64,000 nucleotides of DNA from the human T2T-CHM13v2.0 reference genome, Homo sapiens, in NCBI RefSeq assembly GCF_009914755.1, contig NC_060936.1. One strand, 5' to 3'. Every line of letters begins with the position of its first letter. The stretch's first letter is position 1. The notes below the pieces were generated by a model. That model did not search any database. It was not told where the DNA came from and saw only the letters and a program-made list of their open reading frames with translations. Below, piece after piece: positions 25,831 through 40,017 of the stretch. The translations under genes were made by a program, and so were the position numbers.

Positions 25831-26576
25831 TTTTAAAGCAGTACAAGTATATATTTGAAATTATTAATGATCAAATACAATGGTGTCTCATATGTTAAAT
25901 TTTAAAATATATATTTATATTTACTCATTCATCAATATTTATTAATCACCTACTTTGGTGTCAAGTGGAAGATAATAAGTTTTAGAATGTTTTAAAAGGT
26001 GATAATACTTTTCTGACATCAAGGCAATTCTATCAAGCAAAGAAGTAATACACAAATAGGCAAGGATATGCATTGCAATAAAGTATTATCATAAAGTTTT
26101 ATTTTGCTTCATATTTATGTGTGGGAGCAGAAAGCAGAGAATATCTTTGTGATATCCTTTGAGTTGGGTCTTCAAAGATGAGTTATTATATTTCAAGTAA
26201 AGGAAAGGAGGGGAGTACTTATTCTAGGAGCAGAAAATAACATGAGCAAAGGGAGGGGGATATCCCTGAAGAATAATTGTAAGTCGTCCTGTATGCAGAG
26301 CAGAAAACATGTGCTATAAGGAAATGGTAAAATATGAGACTTGAAAGGGAAGGCCAGCATAGATTACGATGGCCTTTGTTTTTCCATACTGAATAGAATA
26401 AACTTTGGGTACCAGATAGAATGACAAGGAGCCATCAAAGTTGTTTGAACAGGGAAGTAACATGTAAAACTGTGCAAGTAAACTGTTACTCTGTCATCAC
26501 AAACCCGGTAATTCAGATAAAGCCATTCCTATCTGTAATGGATAATTTTTGCTTGTTTGTTCAATATCCTCACAGC

Positions 26577-26690
26577 TAGGGTTGCCAGATGAAATATAGG
26601 ATGTACAGTTAGATTTGAATTTTCAATAAACAATGAAAAACTTGAGTGTAATGATGTCACATGCAGTATTTGGGTCAAGCTTATACTAGG
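26577..26690 (+). mobile_element. MER53 (hAT) partial
   Basis: tagggttgccagatgaaatataggatg..cagttagatttgaattttcaataaacaa matches the recalled MER53 start. Confidence 0.75.
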
Positions 26691-26739
26691 GGAATTGATA
26701 ATGAAAAGAAAGCATTGAGCTAAACCCTGCAATACAAGC

Positions 26740-27460
26740 ATAAATCATGCAGTTTTCTGGCAGAGGAAACAGAAAGATCAAAGACAAAGTGACACAAGTG
26801 GGTTTAGGATTTTCAAGGAGACCATTGTAGCTAGAATGGACTGGACTAAATAAAGCAAGAGGGTGGGAGTGGATATAGATGGAAATATGATGTGTGTTCT
26901 TGAGATCATTTTAAGACTGGCTTTTGCTCAAGGTGATATGAAAACTATAGGAAGGTGTTGAGCAGAGGAGTGACATGATTTCACTTACATTTTCGATGGA
27001 TTCCTCAGTCCTCTTATAAAAGACAGGACAAAAAAAGGAATTTAAGAAAATGAATTAAGAGGTGAAAAATTACGTTGGCTTAGACCAGGGTAATAGGACT
27101 AAAGGTTATAAAAGGGGTCATATTCTTTGAATGGATTGAATATGATATGGGACAAAAAGCATAGACTCAAGGATGACTGCAAGATTTGTAGTCTTCGATT
27201 AGAAAGATGGAGTTGCTATTTTTTGAGAAGAGAAAATCTGTAGGAGAAGCAGATTTGTGGTTAGGATGGGGCAAAATCCTGGACTGGGTTTTGAAAACAA
27301 TGTTTGAAATGACTAATTAGATGTCAAAATAAAGGTGTCAGGCAAGCTATTGTATAAGCCCACAGTAAAGAATAGTGAATATATGGATGTTTTCTGCAAG
27401 CAGCTATAACATTGGATGAGATCACCTGTGGAGTGAAGTAGGGGGTCGTCAAAGATGACT
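26740..27460 (-). mobile_element. L2 fragment
   Basis: ttgagcagaggagtgacatgatt...gtcaaggatgac-like motif, gatggagttgctattt, ttggatgagatcacc. Confidence 0.7.
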
Positions 27461-27649
27461 AATAACGTCTTTGTAGAACTCTCTTCAATTGTTACTTTAT
27501 CAGAAAGGCCTTTCACCCCTGCCATATTATATATTTACAAAATATGTTTGTTGTCTTTCTCACCTACCAAAATATATATTCCTAAAATTTTTATCTCTAT
27601 TAAAAGTTTAAATCTTAACTTATATATTATTGTACATTCAACTGCAATA

Positions 27650-28030
27650 CAATTTTCACACTTGGCTGTCAAACAGACTTTCCAAACTCAATATGTTTAA
27701 AATCTGTGTTCAGAACGTGCTTCTCCCCCAAATATGTTTTGCTTTAATTCATCCCCAACTCAATTAGTGAGAACTTCACTTTTTCACTTTCTCCAAAAAC
27801 GGTGGAGTCATCCTTGAGTTCTCTCTTTTTCTCCCATCTTTTATACAATCTATGAGAAAAACTTGTTGGCTTTCTTTTCACAAAATATGTGAATGTGACC
27901 CACTGTCATGACCTCCACCATTGTCACCCTTGTCTGGGTCATCTACTCTCCTTTGAATTACTGTAACAATCTTGTAACTGGTTCTTTTTTTCTAACCTTG
28001 TTTCTTATTTTCATTCTTATAGCAGTCAGA
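27650..28030 (+). mobile_element. L2 fragment, opposite orientation
   Basis: caaactcaatatgttt...ggagtcatccttgagttctctc...ctcctttgaattactgtaacaatct. Confidence 0.65.
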
Positions 28031-29470
28031 CTGATTCATGGTGATCCTGTTACATTGCAGTTAAGTGAATATTCCCATGATAAATGTTAATAATTATCAG
28101 AAATATAAAAAATAGCTAGGTCCCACATTACAGCATGAAATAAACATGTTAATGATTGATAGAGAAAAACATTCATCTGTGAAATTCTTACTCTGTATAG
28201 TTTGAAGAGATGAGAAGTGTGTATATTGAGTTTATTTTGTGTATATTGAGTTTATTTTTTTCTTTAGAGAAAGTCATCAAATTGAAAGCTTTCAAATGTT
28301 TTGTTGCTATTGTTGTTCATCTATAAAATAAAGAATCAACACTAGAGTGGATCTTTCTTCCTGGATGAATTACCAAGTAGTCCTTTTAGATGTGTAAATA
28401 TAAGTCAAGTAGGCTCCCACATCCCAAGGAAGAATATTTAATAGAACCCTGACAAAAAGTGTCTCCTCTACTGTGTCTTGATATTAAGAGAGTGGAGGAG
28501 GAAGATATTTGACATAAACCAGGAAACTTCAGGAAGGAGAGGAAAAAACAGATTGCTCCCCTTTCAATTGTGAAGTTCAATGTTTTTCTTAATTCTCTGG
28601 TAGACTGACAATTGACTAGATCACAAGGAGTACCAAGAGTCCACAAAGAGAACTTACCATGAGGGAAGTAAGAGTATGAATTTGAACTATGGTCCAACAC
28701 CCAGTGGTGGTTCTGGCATGGAATCTGAAAGACCTTCCTGGCTCAGTCATCTTGATGAATTTGGGAACATGAGTATGAACCTAAACTTCAACTGGTAAAA
28801 CTTGGAGAATGGAAAATTCTTCCTGAAGAATCACTTTGGTAGAGGTTGTCACTACTGCTGGTGGAACTAGTTTGGAAAAACTAGGCCATTTATTGGCATA
28901 AGATGGTTTAATTTGGCCTGTATGACAGTGGGTTATTGCAGTGGTGCATGGATGGTGTTGGATTTTGAGGGAACACTTGTTTCAAAAGTGATACTTTGAG
29001 GGCTAAAAATATGCAATAGCAGTTTTTTAAAAATTTACTCACTTGTTACTTTATCACATTTTCCAGTTATCTTTTCATGAATTGTAAACAAACAAAAAAC
29101 AAAAACAAACAATCAAACAAAAAAATTCCTTTTTGGTCTGATCAAGTTTTGAAAGTTTTTAGATAACTTAGGCAGAACAACATTGGCCCCAAGAGGCTGG
29201 TACCAGACTTACTGTTACTTGGATTACTTGGGCTCTTATATATTTTAGATAGTCAAAAAAGAGCTCAACTTGCCTGTATCCAGGTCACAAAAATTATGTA
29301 TGTAAAGGATTAATGGTAGGCATAGAAATAATGAACACTAATCAAGTACAACAGAGTTTAATTTATTTTCTATTTTTAAAAATTTCACTTCTGTCAGAGA
29401 ATCATGCATACAAAAAAAAAATCAAGTTGTTTATCCCTAGGAAAAGAAAAACAGTTCCAAAAGAATATGT

Positions 29471-29769
29471 GCCATCATTCTCAGCAAACTAACACAGGAA
29501 CAAAAAACCAAACACCGCATGTTCTCAGTTATAAGTGGAAGTTGAACAACGAGAACACATGGACACAGGGAGGGGAACATCACACACTGGGGCCTGTCAG
29601 GGTGTTGGGGGCAAGGGGAGGGAGAGCATTAGGACAAATACCTAATGCATGTGGGGCTTAAAACCTAGAGACAGGTTGATAGGTGCAGCAAACCACCATG
29701 GCACATGTATATCTATGTAACAAACCTGCATATTCTGCATGTGTCCCAGAAGTTAAAAAAAAAAAAAAA
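29471..29769 (+). mobile_element. Primate L1PA 3' end, 5'-truncated (about 300 bp)
   Basis: catcattctcagcaaactaacacaggaac...caaacaccgcatgttctca...ggtgcagcaaaccaccatggcacatgtata, then polyA. Confidence 0.93.
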
Positions 29770-30372
29770 CTGTCCATGAAATCCACTACTTTTGAAAGAT
29801 GAGTATATTGTATTCTGAAAATACTTCTTAGCAAACTTGTAAATGAAATTCCAAACCTGATAAAAGCTATCTACCAGTTACTATGATAAGCATCACATTA
29901 ATGAATAGCATTATTATTAAAGTCTATACTTTTACAAGCTTTATATGTCTTGGACAATAACAATAAATGAAAACTGAAAAGGAAGAGAAGAGAAAAGTAA
30001 ATCCTCCCAATCTGTGTAATTACTTAGAAAATACCAAGAGTATAGCAAACTCTTAGAACTAATAGTTTTGCAAGTTTGCTGTAATCCATATCAATATTGG
30101 AAAATCAATAGCATCTTTATATGCCAGTATTAATTTATTAGGAAAAACATATAAAGGAGATAACAATCACAGTAACTATAAATGCCTAGAAATAAATCTA
30201 ATCATATATAAGATCTCTATGGGAAAAATTAAACAATTTTATTGAAGAACATAAAATAATACACAAATGAATGGAGACATAAGCCATATGTACACATGGT
30301 AAAACAGTATACAATAGAGGCAATAACTTCCCGAAGTTAATTTATTAATTTAAGCAATTGCAGTAAAAATCT

Positions 30373-31021
30373 TGTTGGGGCACAGAAAACGATTCCCCCA
30401 AATATGACTTTGGCTTGTTGAGCGCTTTGAAAATTGAAAGGCCTCAGAAATAATCCTTAGAACCAAGATCTGTCTCTGACCTTCCTCTCCTCCCTTTCTC
30501 TCTCTCTCTCTCTGGAATTTCCTTATCTGACTGAAAACACTTCTTTCCACAAGGAATGTAATTGTCTCAAGATTCCCCTCTTCAGGAATCCTGTCAGATT
30601 AACCACTAGAGAAGAGCAGAAATTGGGAGTCGTCATGCCAAGACAGATTTATAATCTGTTCTTCAGAGGACAGCTCCCAGAGATTACCCAGGGGACTTAA
30701 TCTGCAATAATAAAGCAATATTTATTCCTGCACAGTCTTTCCCCTTACTTTCCTTTAATTTGTCAGTCCCACCCAGCTTCCAAAAAGAATCATTTGCAAA
30801 ATGTCTGCCTCCTGAATCCATACATATCTCCTATGTCGAGAATATTTAAGCATCAGCCCTCTGGCCCCTCTTCCAGTCTAATACATTGTAAATGGCAGTT
30901 ATATCCATATGCGTGTTAAAATAAGTTTTGTGTGCCTTTTTTCACATTAATCTGCCTTCCCTCAATTCATTTTCAGCAAACCTTTAGAGGGTGGAAGAAA
31001 ATTTTCTCCTTGGCCCCTACA
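30373..31021 (+). mobile_element. ERV1 solo LTR (MER34/MER39 family) inserted in an old L1 ORF2 relic
   Basis: TG...CA termini (tgttggggcacagaaaacgattcccc...ttggcccctaca); 4-bp TSD atct (30369-30372, 31022-31025). Confidence 0.85.
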
Positions 31022-31129
31022 ATCTCAACAGAGTTGAAAAATGGAATTTGAAAAGTTGATATTATAATTAAGCTCTAAGAATCAAGATTTATAAAGTTAA
31101 TCATTAAAACAGTGTGATATTTATTTCTT

Positions 31130-32620
31130 ATTCTTGAACACGTATTTATTAAGTGTTCATCATGTTCTAGGAACTATTCTAGGTACCTGAGCTTCATCAG
31201 GAATAAAACAAGGATCCTAACTTTTATGGAGGTTATTATCTAACTGGGCTGGCAGACAATACATTACAGACATTATAAATAAGTAAAGCATATAAACACA
31301 TGCTGTGCTATAATACATTACTATGTTAGAATATGTTATGACATTTGAACAAAGACTGGATGGAAGTGGGGAAGTTAGCCATGTATCTGGAGGAAAGGCA
31401 ATTCAGACAAAGGAAAGAGGAAATCAAAAGTCAACAGGAGGCCAGTGTGGCTGGGGTGGATTTGGATGTGAAGTCAGAAGATAAAGACAGTGAGATTTAT
31501 GTAGAGCCTTGTGTAAGTGGAAAGAAGTTGCAGAGTTTTGAGCAGACGATTGATGTGTTCAGATATATGGTTTAAAACATCACTCTTGTATCAAAATATC
31601 ACATGCACCATATAAATATGCATAATTAGAATATATCCATAGACATTTTTTTAAAAATGAAAATGAACAGATTACTCTGATTCATGCTGTTTTAAAAATA
31701 GACTGGAGATGGCCCATGGGAGAAGCAGAGAGACCTCATAAAAAGTGATTGATTACAATAATTCAGCTGAGAGATGACAGTGGTTCAAAACAGAGTGATC
31801 AATGGAAGTGGTAGGATTCTGGATATATTTTGAAGGTAGAGTAAATCAAATTTCTTTATAGTTGGATGGGAGGTGTGAGACATAGGGAGGATGTGAGAGT
31901 AATTCCAAATTCTTTAGCTTGAGCAACTGGAAAGGCAAAGTTTTCATCATGTAAACTGGAGATGATGGATCAAATTTTTTAAGGGGGGATATCAAATACG
32001 TAAGCTTTTGATATTTTAAATGTGCAAAGTCTTTTAGATATACAAGTGGAGATGTTCGATTGTGGCTGGATATATGCATTTGGTTGTAGGGTCTGAACTA
32101 GAGGTAAAGATTCATAAATTATTAGTATATGAATAGGATGAGATTGATTGGAATCATGGAGAGAGTGTAGGTAGAGAACATGTGGAGGGCTGAGCCCTGG
32201 GGTGAAGAAAGAAAGAGAAGAAGAGAAGAAACTGGGAGTTGTCATGCCAAGACAGACTTATCATCTGTTCTTCAGAGAGCAGATGCTCCAACATTCAGAA
32301 GTCAGAGGGAGGAAAATAGATGGAGATGTAGCCACTGGTAAGTAAGAGGAAAACAATGTAGTTTCCTGTAATGCAAGTGAAGAAGTATATGAAGGAAGAA
32401 AACTATTAACTATGTCATATACTGCTGAGACATCAACTATAGCAAGGCCTGAGAATTGGCCTTATATTTAGCACTATAAATTTAGTGATGACTGTAGCAG
32501 GAGTGGCTTCTGTGCTATGGTGGGGCAAAACCTTATTGAAATAGGTTTATAAGGGATTTTAAAATGTGGGGCCAAAAGATAATTTTTTTTAAGTTAGGGA
32601 AACTTTGTATATTATAAGAA
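31130..32620 (-). mobile_element. L2a-like LINE (interrupted)
   Basis: gtatttattaagtgttcatcatgttctagg...ggattctggatatattttgaaggtagag...ttgagcaactggaaagg. Confidence 0.8.
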
Positions 32621-32630
32621 TACAGTCGAC

Positions 32631-33139
32631 CAGGGGTGCCCACGTTCCAAGCCATGGACATGTACTGGTCTGTGGCCTGTTTGGGACCAGACTTCTCAGT
32701 AGGAGGTAAAGGTGTGAGCAAAGCTTGATCTGTATTTACAACCACTCCCTATCACTTGCATTACCGTCTGAGCTCTACTTTCTGTAAGATCAGCGGCAGC
32801 ATTAGATTCACAAAGTAGTGTGAACCCTATTGTGAACTGTCCATTCGAGGGATCTAGGTTGTGCACTCCTTATGAGAATCTAATGCCTGACTATCTGTCA
32901 CTGTCAGACAGGACCATCTAGTTGCAGGAAAACAAGCTCAGAGCTCCCACTGATTCTACATTATGGTGAGTTGTATAATTATTTCATTATATATTTCAAT
33001 GTAATAATTTAAATAAAGTGCAAAATAAATGTAATGTGCTTGAATCATCCTGAAACCATCCCCAACCACACCCCCAGTTGGTGGAAAAATTGTCTTCCAC
33101 AAAACTGGTTCCTGTTGCCAAAAACTTTGGGGACCATTG
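32631..33139 (+). mobile_element. MER1A (hAT-Charlie)
   Basis: caggggt...catctagttgcaggaaaacaagctcag.gctcccactgattctacattatggtgagttgtata...aaaactggttcctg...ggggaccattg. Confidence 0.9.
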
Positions 33140-36100
33140 GAGTAGACAAAGAAAAGAAAATGATGGCAAAGGAAAGAGCAGTAAAATTTGCTGGGGAAAT
33201 ATACTTGATTAAATGTTTGCTGAAGACATTACACATGGTGTAACAAAGTTTTCTTTGACTAGGCTTTTTTGAAATTTTTGTAAGCCTCATGCTCAGTCTA
33301 ATAAACTCTTCCATCCTCTTAGAAACATGGACAGGTTTAAGACTTTGCTTAAAGTAAATAATCTTATATTTTGAAATCTATAAAATCAGGTAGTTTTTAT
33401 GCTGCCTTTTCCCTCCATAGTTCACATTTATTCTTTACTTACTTGTTACCTGTTTATCTCCAATCCCCCTGTTCATGAGCTACATTACTTTGAGCCATTG
33501 ATCCTTGCTCTGCAAACCTCACAGGGTTGTTGTTACAGAGATCAAATAAAACAACTCACATAAAGGACTTTATGCTGGTTACTTATCTCATTCTTAAAGA
33601 CCCGTAGCCGCTTTGTTAATGAGGTTTCCAGACAAGTTTGAAAAACAATTTGGCTAACTTTAAAGGTTAAGCACCAGCATTCCTTAATTCCATATTAAGG
33701 CATGTCCTGTTGAATTCTCATTCTGGGATACTCTTATTTCCCTGTGGGTAAAGAGCGTCTCTGGAAACACTACATACTGTGTTTCTTTCTTGACGCTCGA
33801 CAATACTAAGAGTTAAAATATAAATACTGTAGTACTTACACCAGTTAAAAATTGTACACAACAATATTTCCTAATCTGCTTCTCCTGGGAATTTCATTTG
33901 TTGGGTGAGTGGGTCCTATCAAACACCCACTAAATTTCTGGGGAGCTTGTGTTTCATGAGAAATGATGAAATAGATAAATTCTACCAAAGTGAAAAAATA
34001 CAATTAGATCAACTGAGGAACTTCTGAATGAAAAACTTAAAAATTCTCCTAGCCTTGCTTAACAGATCGCACAAAACAAAACAGAGGAAAAAGAACTTAT
34101 TCTTGTGTACATCACCAAAAGACAACAGATTCCTTGGCACAAAATGAACCCTCCAATTATGTTAATAAGATAAAGGTAACTGAACAAATTTCCAGTCAGT
34201 CAGTCTTTTAAAGTCTTTGGAAATATCCTTCTTCACAAAAAAAAAAAAAAAAAAAAAAAAAAAATTCTGAGTCCCTCAAATCCTGGCTAATACAAATGAT
34301 ACTTCTTACTGAAGACAGCAGAGTGGATTTCACTTCATCTTTCCATCTAACAAGGTCTTAGTTAACACACAATAACCCAGTCACTGCACCCAGAGCGATT
34401 TGTTTTGAACCTAATGAGTTTCCACACAGCATTAGAAGACTTTTATTTTTGCCATTGCATATAGAAGATTCCAGACCTTTCGTTATGTGCTTCCTCGCCA
34501 ACTCAGCTTCTAGAAAATTGATACAACTTCATGTATATATGGATAAGCCATGGAAGATCCTAACCTTACTCTTTTGGTCCCTTTTCTAGCCAATCATTGA
34601 ACCTCTGGGCCAGTCCAGCCCATGTATATCTTTAGACCTGCTCTTTCCAAGTTGGCAAATTCATAAACTCCATTCAGTTTGGTGTTTCACTGCTTGACAA
34701 TTCAATTGAAGAATAAAGGAGAAACATTCAAGTCGTTATGTTTTGTAAGGAATTAGAATACAATATATGGAATCAATACACAGAAGAAAATATTCTGTGA
34801 GTGCAATCCATTTGTAAATAAGCCCAATTATATTTTTGAGAGAGGGAATCAATAATGCATAAAATGAGCTACAGTTGACAAGACTGAATCTTTGAAAGAA
34901 TGGTTGTTGGCCGTAGTTAACATGTATTGATGAACACAAAAAAATGAACAAAATATAGTCAATATATTGAAGACATGCCTGTGGATGATGACTTTTAGTC
35001 AGAACTTAGTGAGAATGATTAAAAGAATGGCATTTGTGATAAATGATGTTTATTAGTATTTTAAAATAGGATGAGATATTGATAAGCCAAACTTTTAACT
35101 GGACAGCTGACAGGTTTGCATGAGAGTGTGCAAATCTTCACACTATGATATCTCAATATTTCACAATAGCATGATGGAATGAAATACTTTGTCTCCACTG
35201 AGGATCACATTGCTTGTAGAGCTATGTTGGCTTGTTCTAAGTACCTATTTTTGTCATTGGTTGTTCATTCTAAAACAGCATTGTATTGCTAAAAGTCCAC
35301 AAAACCCTTAATTTTGATAAAGGCACATCCCGTATTCCATTTTTATCACTTTGGCTCAATATTCTTCATGAACAGTAGTTCTATAATAAAAATACTAGAC
35401 AATTATTTATTAAATTTACCGATCTGAGGATTATTCTTGCCACTGATTCTTCATTTTGCTTTATGTACTTTTTTGTCCATAATTCTTCTATCTGACAAGA
35501 ACTAAAGAACTGAAAACATGCAAACAAAAATCTATTTCTGATTTTACATTTATTCAGCTTTCACATTTCCATATTACTGTTGCTTAAATTGTTATGTTGC
35601 ATTTTTAGAGAACAGTCACGAATAAATGTCAGATTCAAAGAGGAGAGAAGAATAAGAGCAACAACTTAAAAAAGGAAGCTTTAACTTAGTTCACTTAGTA
35701 ATTAAGCTCAAAGTGGGAATGATAAGCAAACAGGCCTGGGAGGCGAGAAGAGGCCAGCCAGCTTGGGAAGAACCTCATGTGACATGCCGAGGATGTGCCT
35801 CATTTGTTGTATGGTCATTGAAGGATCAGTCAACTCCACTCTTCGATCTATGAAGAACTAGTGTCTCAGTCACTAATACATGACACGTATAAAAATTCAC
35901 TGCATATAGTTAAGTGTGACTACTGTTTTGTGAAAGTTTTTCATATTGTTGACTCCTGGTACTTTTTCAGGCATCAGTTCAAATCCCACCATCTTAAAAA
36001 GATCCCTTCTTTAATGTCTTCACCACTCACCTTGTACGGGTCCCTTGATCATATCTATGCCCTTTTACACTGTGTATATTTGTTTATTGCCTGTACCCTC

Positions 36101-37517
36101 AACTGTCTTATCATCATTATATTCCTACCACCTAGAATAGGGCCCATTTCTTAGCACCTTTAATAAGGTTGCCACTAAATATTTATTTGATTGAAAACAC
36201 AGGATTAATAAATAGAATAAGCATTTATTGCTTCTATACAATATGCCTAAGATGATGTAATTCATTGAATATAGTGTTTCTATTCTTATAACTCTGTAAG
36301 TTGGCAAGACTATTTTATCTGAAACTCAGAGTCAGCGGTGTTAAGGGTAAGGTTCATACAGCTGGTAGCTGGCAGAGACAGGAACTTCAAACAAATCGCT
36401 ATTCCACATTGCCTCTCTGACACCCCTCAATGAGGATTAATTAACCTTGTTTTTAAACTCTAATATTATTTTTGATACCACAATATTTATCATGTTTTAT
36501 GATATTAATTTGGGCATGTTTATTTCTCACTGTAGATTCTTATCAAATTTATTACAGACTATATCTTCTGAATCTCTAACATATCTAATATTCTACTGAT
36601 TCACATCAGTTAGCAAATACTTGCAGCTGAAAAAATAATTAGAAGTACAGATTATACAAGTAATGAGCATTATTATAACCTTTACAAGAGTAGCATGTTT
36701 ACTTTTTAAAATTCACCAATTAACTTCCATCTAGAAAGAAATAGGAAAAAGTTATTAGAGCCTGGTTCTGAAAAGGTGGAATTTAGTGTTATGAAAATTT
36801 GTATTATCCTTGAATATTTATATTCTTCTCAATCAGTTAAATTTAAGACCACACAGAAATATTTAAATTCGTTTCAGTTAAGTGTATTTTTTCTTTTTAT
36901 TTTTTCTTTTAAAAAGGCTGATAATAATTACCAGAGTTTTCCATGAATAATAAGGCCTATTTCAGATTGTGCTTTTGTGAGGCTATTTTTGTCAACTATT
37001 TTGTCAACAGAGTTCTCAATCCACCGACACAAAACATCTTCTTTGGGCTAATCACCCACCCTGACTGTGTAACTTAAGCAAATTAACTGCCCTAAACAAA
37101 GGGTAATCCTTCCAACTAGGATTTAGAAGTCACTTTCTTAGTTCTATCAGTATCTAATAATAGTTTTACATTTTTGTCCTGATCAACCACTTTTCAATTT
37201 ACACACTAACACTACAGTCATCGTTGATAATCTGCCAAAATAATAATTTCTTTTCTTTTGTTTGAATATACCTTTTTAAAAGTTCTCAATAAAAAAAAAA
37301 TAAGTATTAGGCTTTAAATTACAATCCTTTGACAACTTGTTTTATGGCATTAATATACCTTGAATAATCATGTCATGGAGGATGATTTTGATAAGAAAAA
37401 TGCTCTATAATATTATATGTGTGTAACTTGGGAGTATTTATATAAGGACAATGAAAATAATAATCAGGATACTGTTTTATGTTTTATCAAGAAATGTCAG
37501 GTAAAAAAATGTGGTAT

Positions 37518-37810
37518 AGCTGAGCACGGTGGCTCACACCTGTAATTCCAGCACTTTGGGAGGCCGAGGTGGGCAGATTGCTTGAGCTCAGGAGTTCAAG
37601 ACCAGCCTGGTCAACATGATGAAACTCTGTCTCTACAAAAATTACCAAAATTAGCCAGGCAGGGTGGCTCACGCCAGTAATGTTAGCTACTTGGAACATT
37701 GAGATGGGAGGATTGCTTGAGCCCAGGAGAAGGAGGTTGCAGTGAGCCAAGTTCATGCCACTGCACTACAGCCTGGACTGTCTCAAAAATATGTAAATAA
37801 AAATAAATTT
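37518..37810 (+). mobile_element. AluJ element
   Basis: Alu dimer; TSD about aaaaatgtggtat / aaaaatgtggcat. Confidence 0.93.
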
Positions 37811-38399
37811 AAAAATGTGGCATAAATAAAACTTCTTATTACAACACTTTATTGGAACATCCTGAGAAATCAATCACAGGATTAATATAAATTGAAACAT
37901 GTTTACATATTTTTAAATTTAGACTAAATATATATGATACATTATACACATTTTAGGTTTACACCAAAGGATATGGGCATGATATTATGCATGATAATAA
38001 TATATAATTATTCTAAAGCATTTAGAAATCACTGTTTTAGAAATTCAAGGAAGCTGAAAAAAGCAAATGAATACCAGTAATCATAATGTTTAAAAACCTT
38101 TAGTTACACCAACACAAGAAGTGAATGACTTAGCATTGGCACACAATTTCTTTTCTCCACTGGCTGAAATGCCTTCACTAAGAACTGGAAGTCAAAAAAA
38201 GTTAAAGACAATTGCTTTGGGTCACCAATGTCTCAAAATCCTCCATATGTGCACTTATATCTGTGAAGACCAATAGAGACAAATATCAATTATGCATAAA
38301 TCCTCATCCTAATTCTGTAACCAGTTCCCGAAAAATAATCTGTCATAAACTGTCTTACATTCTCTAATGTCTGCATATTCAAATATTTAGTGGTTATAT

Positions 38400-39045
38400 T
38401 GTTAGAGTAGGTAGTTAGGCAACCAATAGGTGATGGTCAGGTGGTTGTTAAACTCTCTCTGTAAAACAATTATTGGTTGCTGCCAGTGCCAGGGAAGACA
38501 GACTGTAATAAATAGAAAACATTGAATCTGGTGATCAGCAGTTTCCAGATAAGATCTCAGGAGTTGGGCAAGTGGACTCAAGCATGTGCACTGAGAAGCA
38601 AAATGGCAGCATTTAACTGGTATAGGAATAGAACATTCCTCTAGGAACACTCAACTGGTAAGGGAAAAATGCCTCCAGTAAGCATGTATAGGACTTCAGT
38701 AAACATGCTGTGCATGCGGCCCCTCCCAAGTGCTGACAGGCCACCGTGCATGCAGACAGCCCACCCCAAAGGAAGAATCAGGGCAGAAGTACCACAACTC
38801 CAGAAGCATGCCAGTGTATAAAACCCCAATTCAGAGGTCAAATTGCACACTTGAATCTCTCAAGTTGCCCATTTGGCCCTTTTCCAGCTGTACTTTATCT
38901 CCTCTTGTTCCTGCTCTAAAACTTTCCTGCCCTGAAACTTGCCTTGGTCTCTCCCTTTGCCTCATGCCCCACAGTCAATTTCTTTCTTCTGAGAAAACAA
39001 GAATTGAGGTTGCTGCAGACCTGTATGGATTTGCTGCTGCTAACA
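38400..39045 (+). mobile_element. MER50 ERV1 solo LTR
   Basis: tgttagagtaggtagttaggca...gataagatctcaggagttgggc...gaattgaggttgctgcagacc..tggattt...ctaaca; explains the ORFs at 38402-39134. Confidence 0.85.
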
Positions 39046-40017
39046 GTACCTTGATGAAAAAATATTTGAAAAAAATATATATGTATGAGCATTCCCTGCC
39101 CTCCTCCTCCATAAGAAGAACACTTCAAGTATGAAATAACCTGTTAGGGGATAAAAAAAATCTGAAGTTGTTCATGTCTGAGAAAGGTATATTTCTTCAT
39201 TTCTGGAGTAGATTAGCATAAATACAGCATTATTATAGAAAACAATAATTTGTAGCCTTTTATGAAAAAGACTAGATGACCATAAAATCCATTTTTTATA
39301 ACCAGCCAATTGTGATTCTATAATTCTCTGAGGAGAGGTATACTACTAATGACATAATTAAAATGAAAGAGCAATATCAAATTACATGTTGGTTTCCTAA
39401 ACTGAGTGCTGAGTGAAAATGCCTTATTAAAGAGCTTGGTGGTGTATCTACTGAAGCAGTATCAGTTTATTTAGTTGAAGGAAAGATAAATAATGTTATT
39501 CTAATCTCAGATACAGCTAATGAAATACGTCAAATTGTAGTTTATGTTTTATATTTAGCTTAAGATTTCTATAAAATACATGGATAAAGGCTAAATTCGT
39601 GGTCTTATGTGAAGATCTGTTCATTTGTCAGCCACCAGAATTGAAGCTTCTTTCCGGAAATTCATCTGATTTACTTACTTTATTTTGCTTTTCTACTTGA
39701 AGGAAGAAACATAAGAAGTCCCTCTATTTTTTCTAACCACATAAGTGAGGAAATGCTAAACTTAATTTATAGTAAGAATTCTAGTGCTATTTATTGTATT
39801 GTCCAGTCACTTGCTTCTTAATCGCTAGGTTTTAGAAACTCTTGACATTTTCAATTACAGCAATTTAGCTAGCTGATTCATGTGGTCTTCATTTAGGAGC
39901 TTAAGAATCCAAAGATATAACTTGTTACAGGCAAATGATTCTCCTGAGTTTCCAACACAGGATGTGTGAATGCCTCCATGTAATTTTCATCTGATTCTAG
40001 ACCTACCAATAACTTAC

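Noticed and set aside
38402-39134. Cluster of overlapping ORFs up to 134 aa
   Set aside because: Lies in the MER50 LTR; no coding signature
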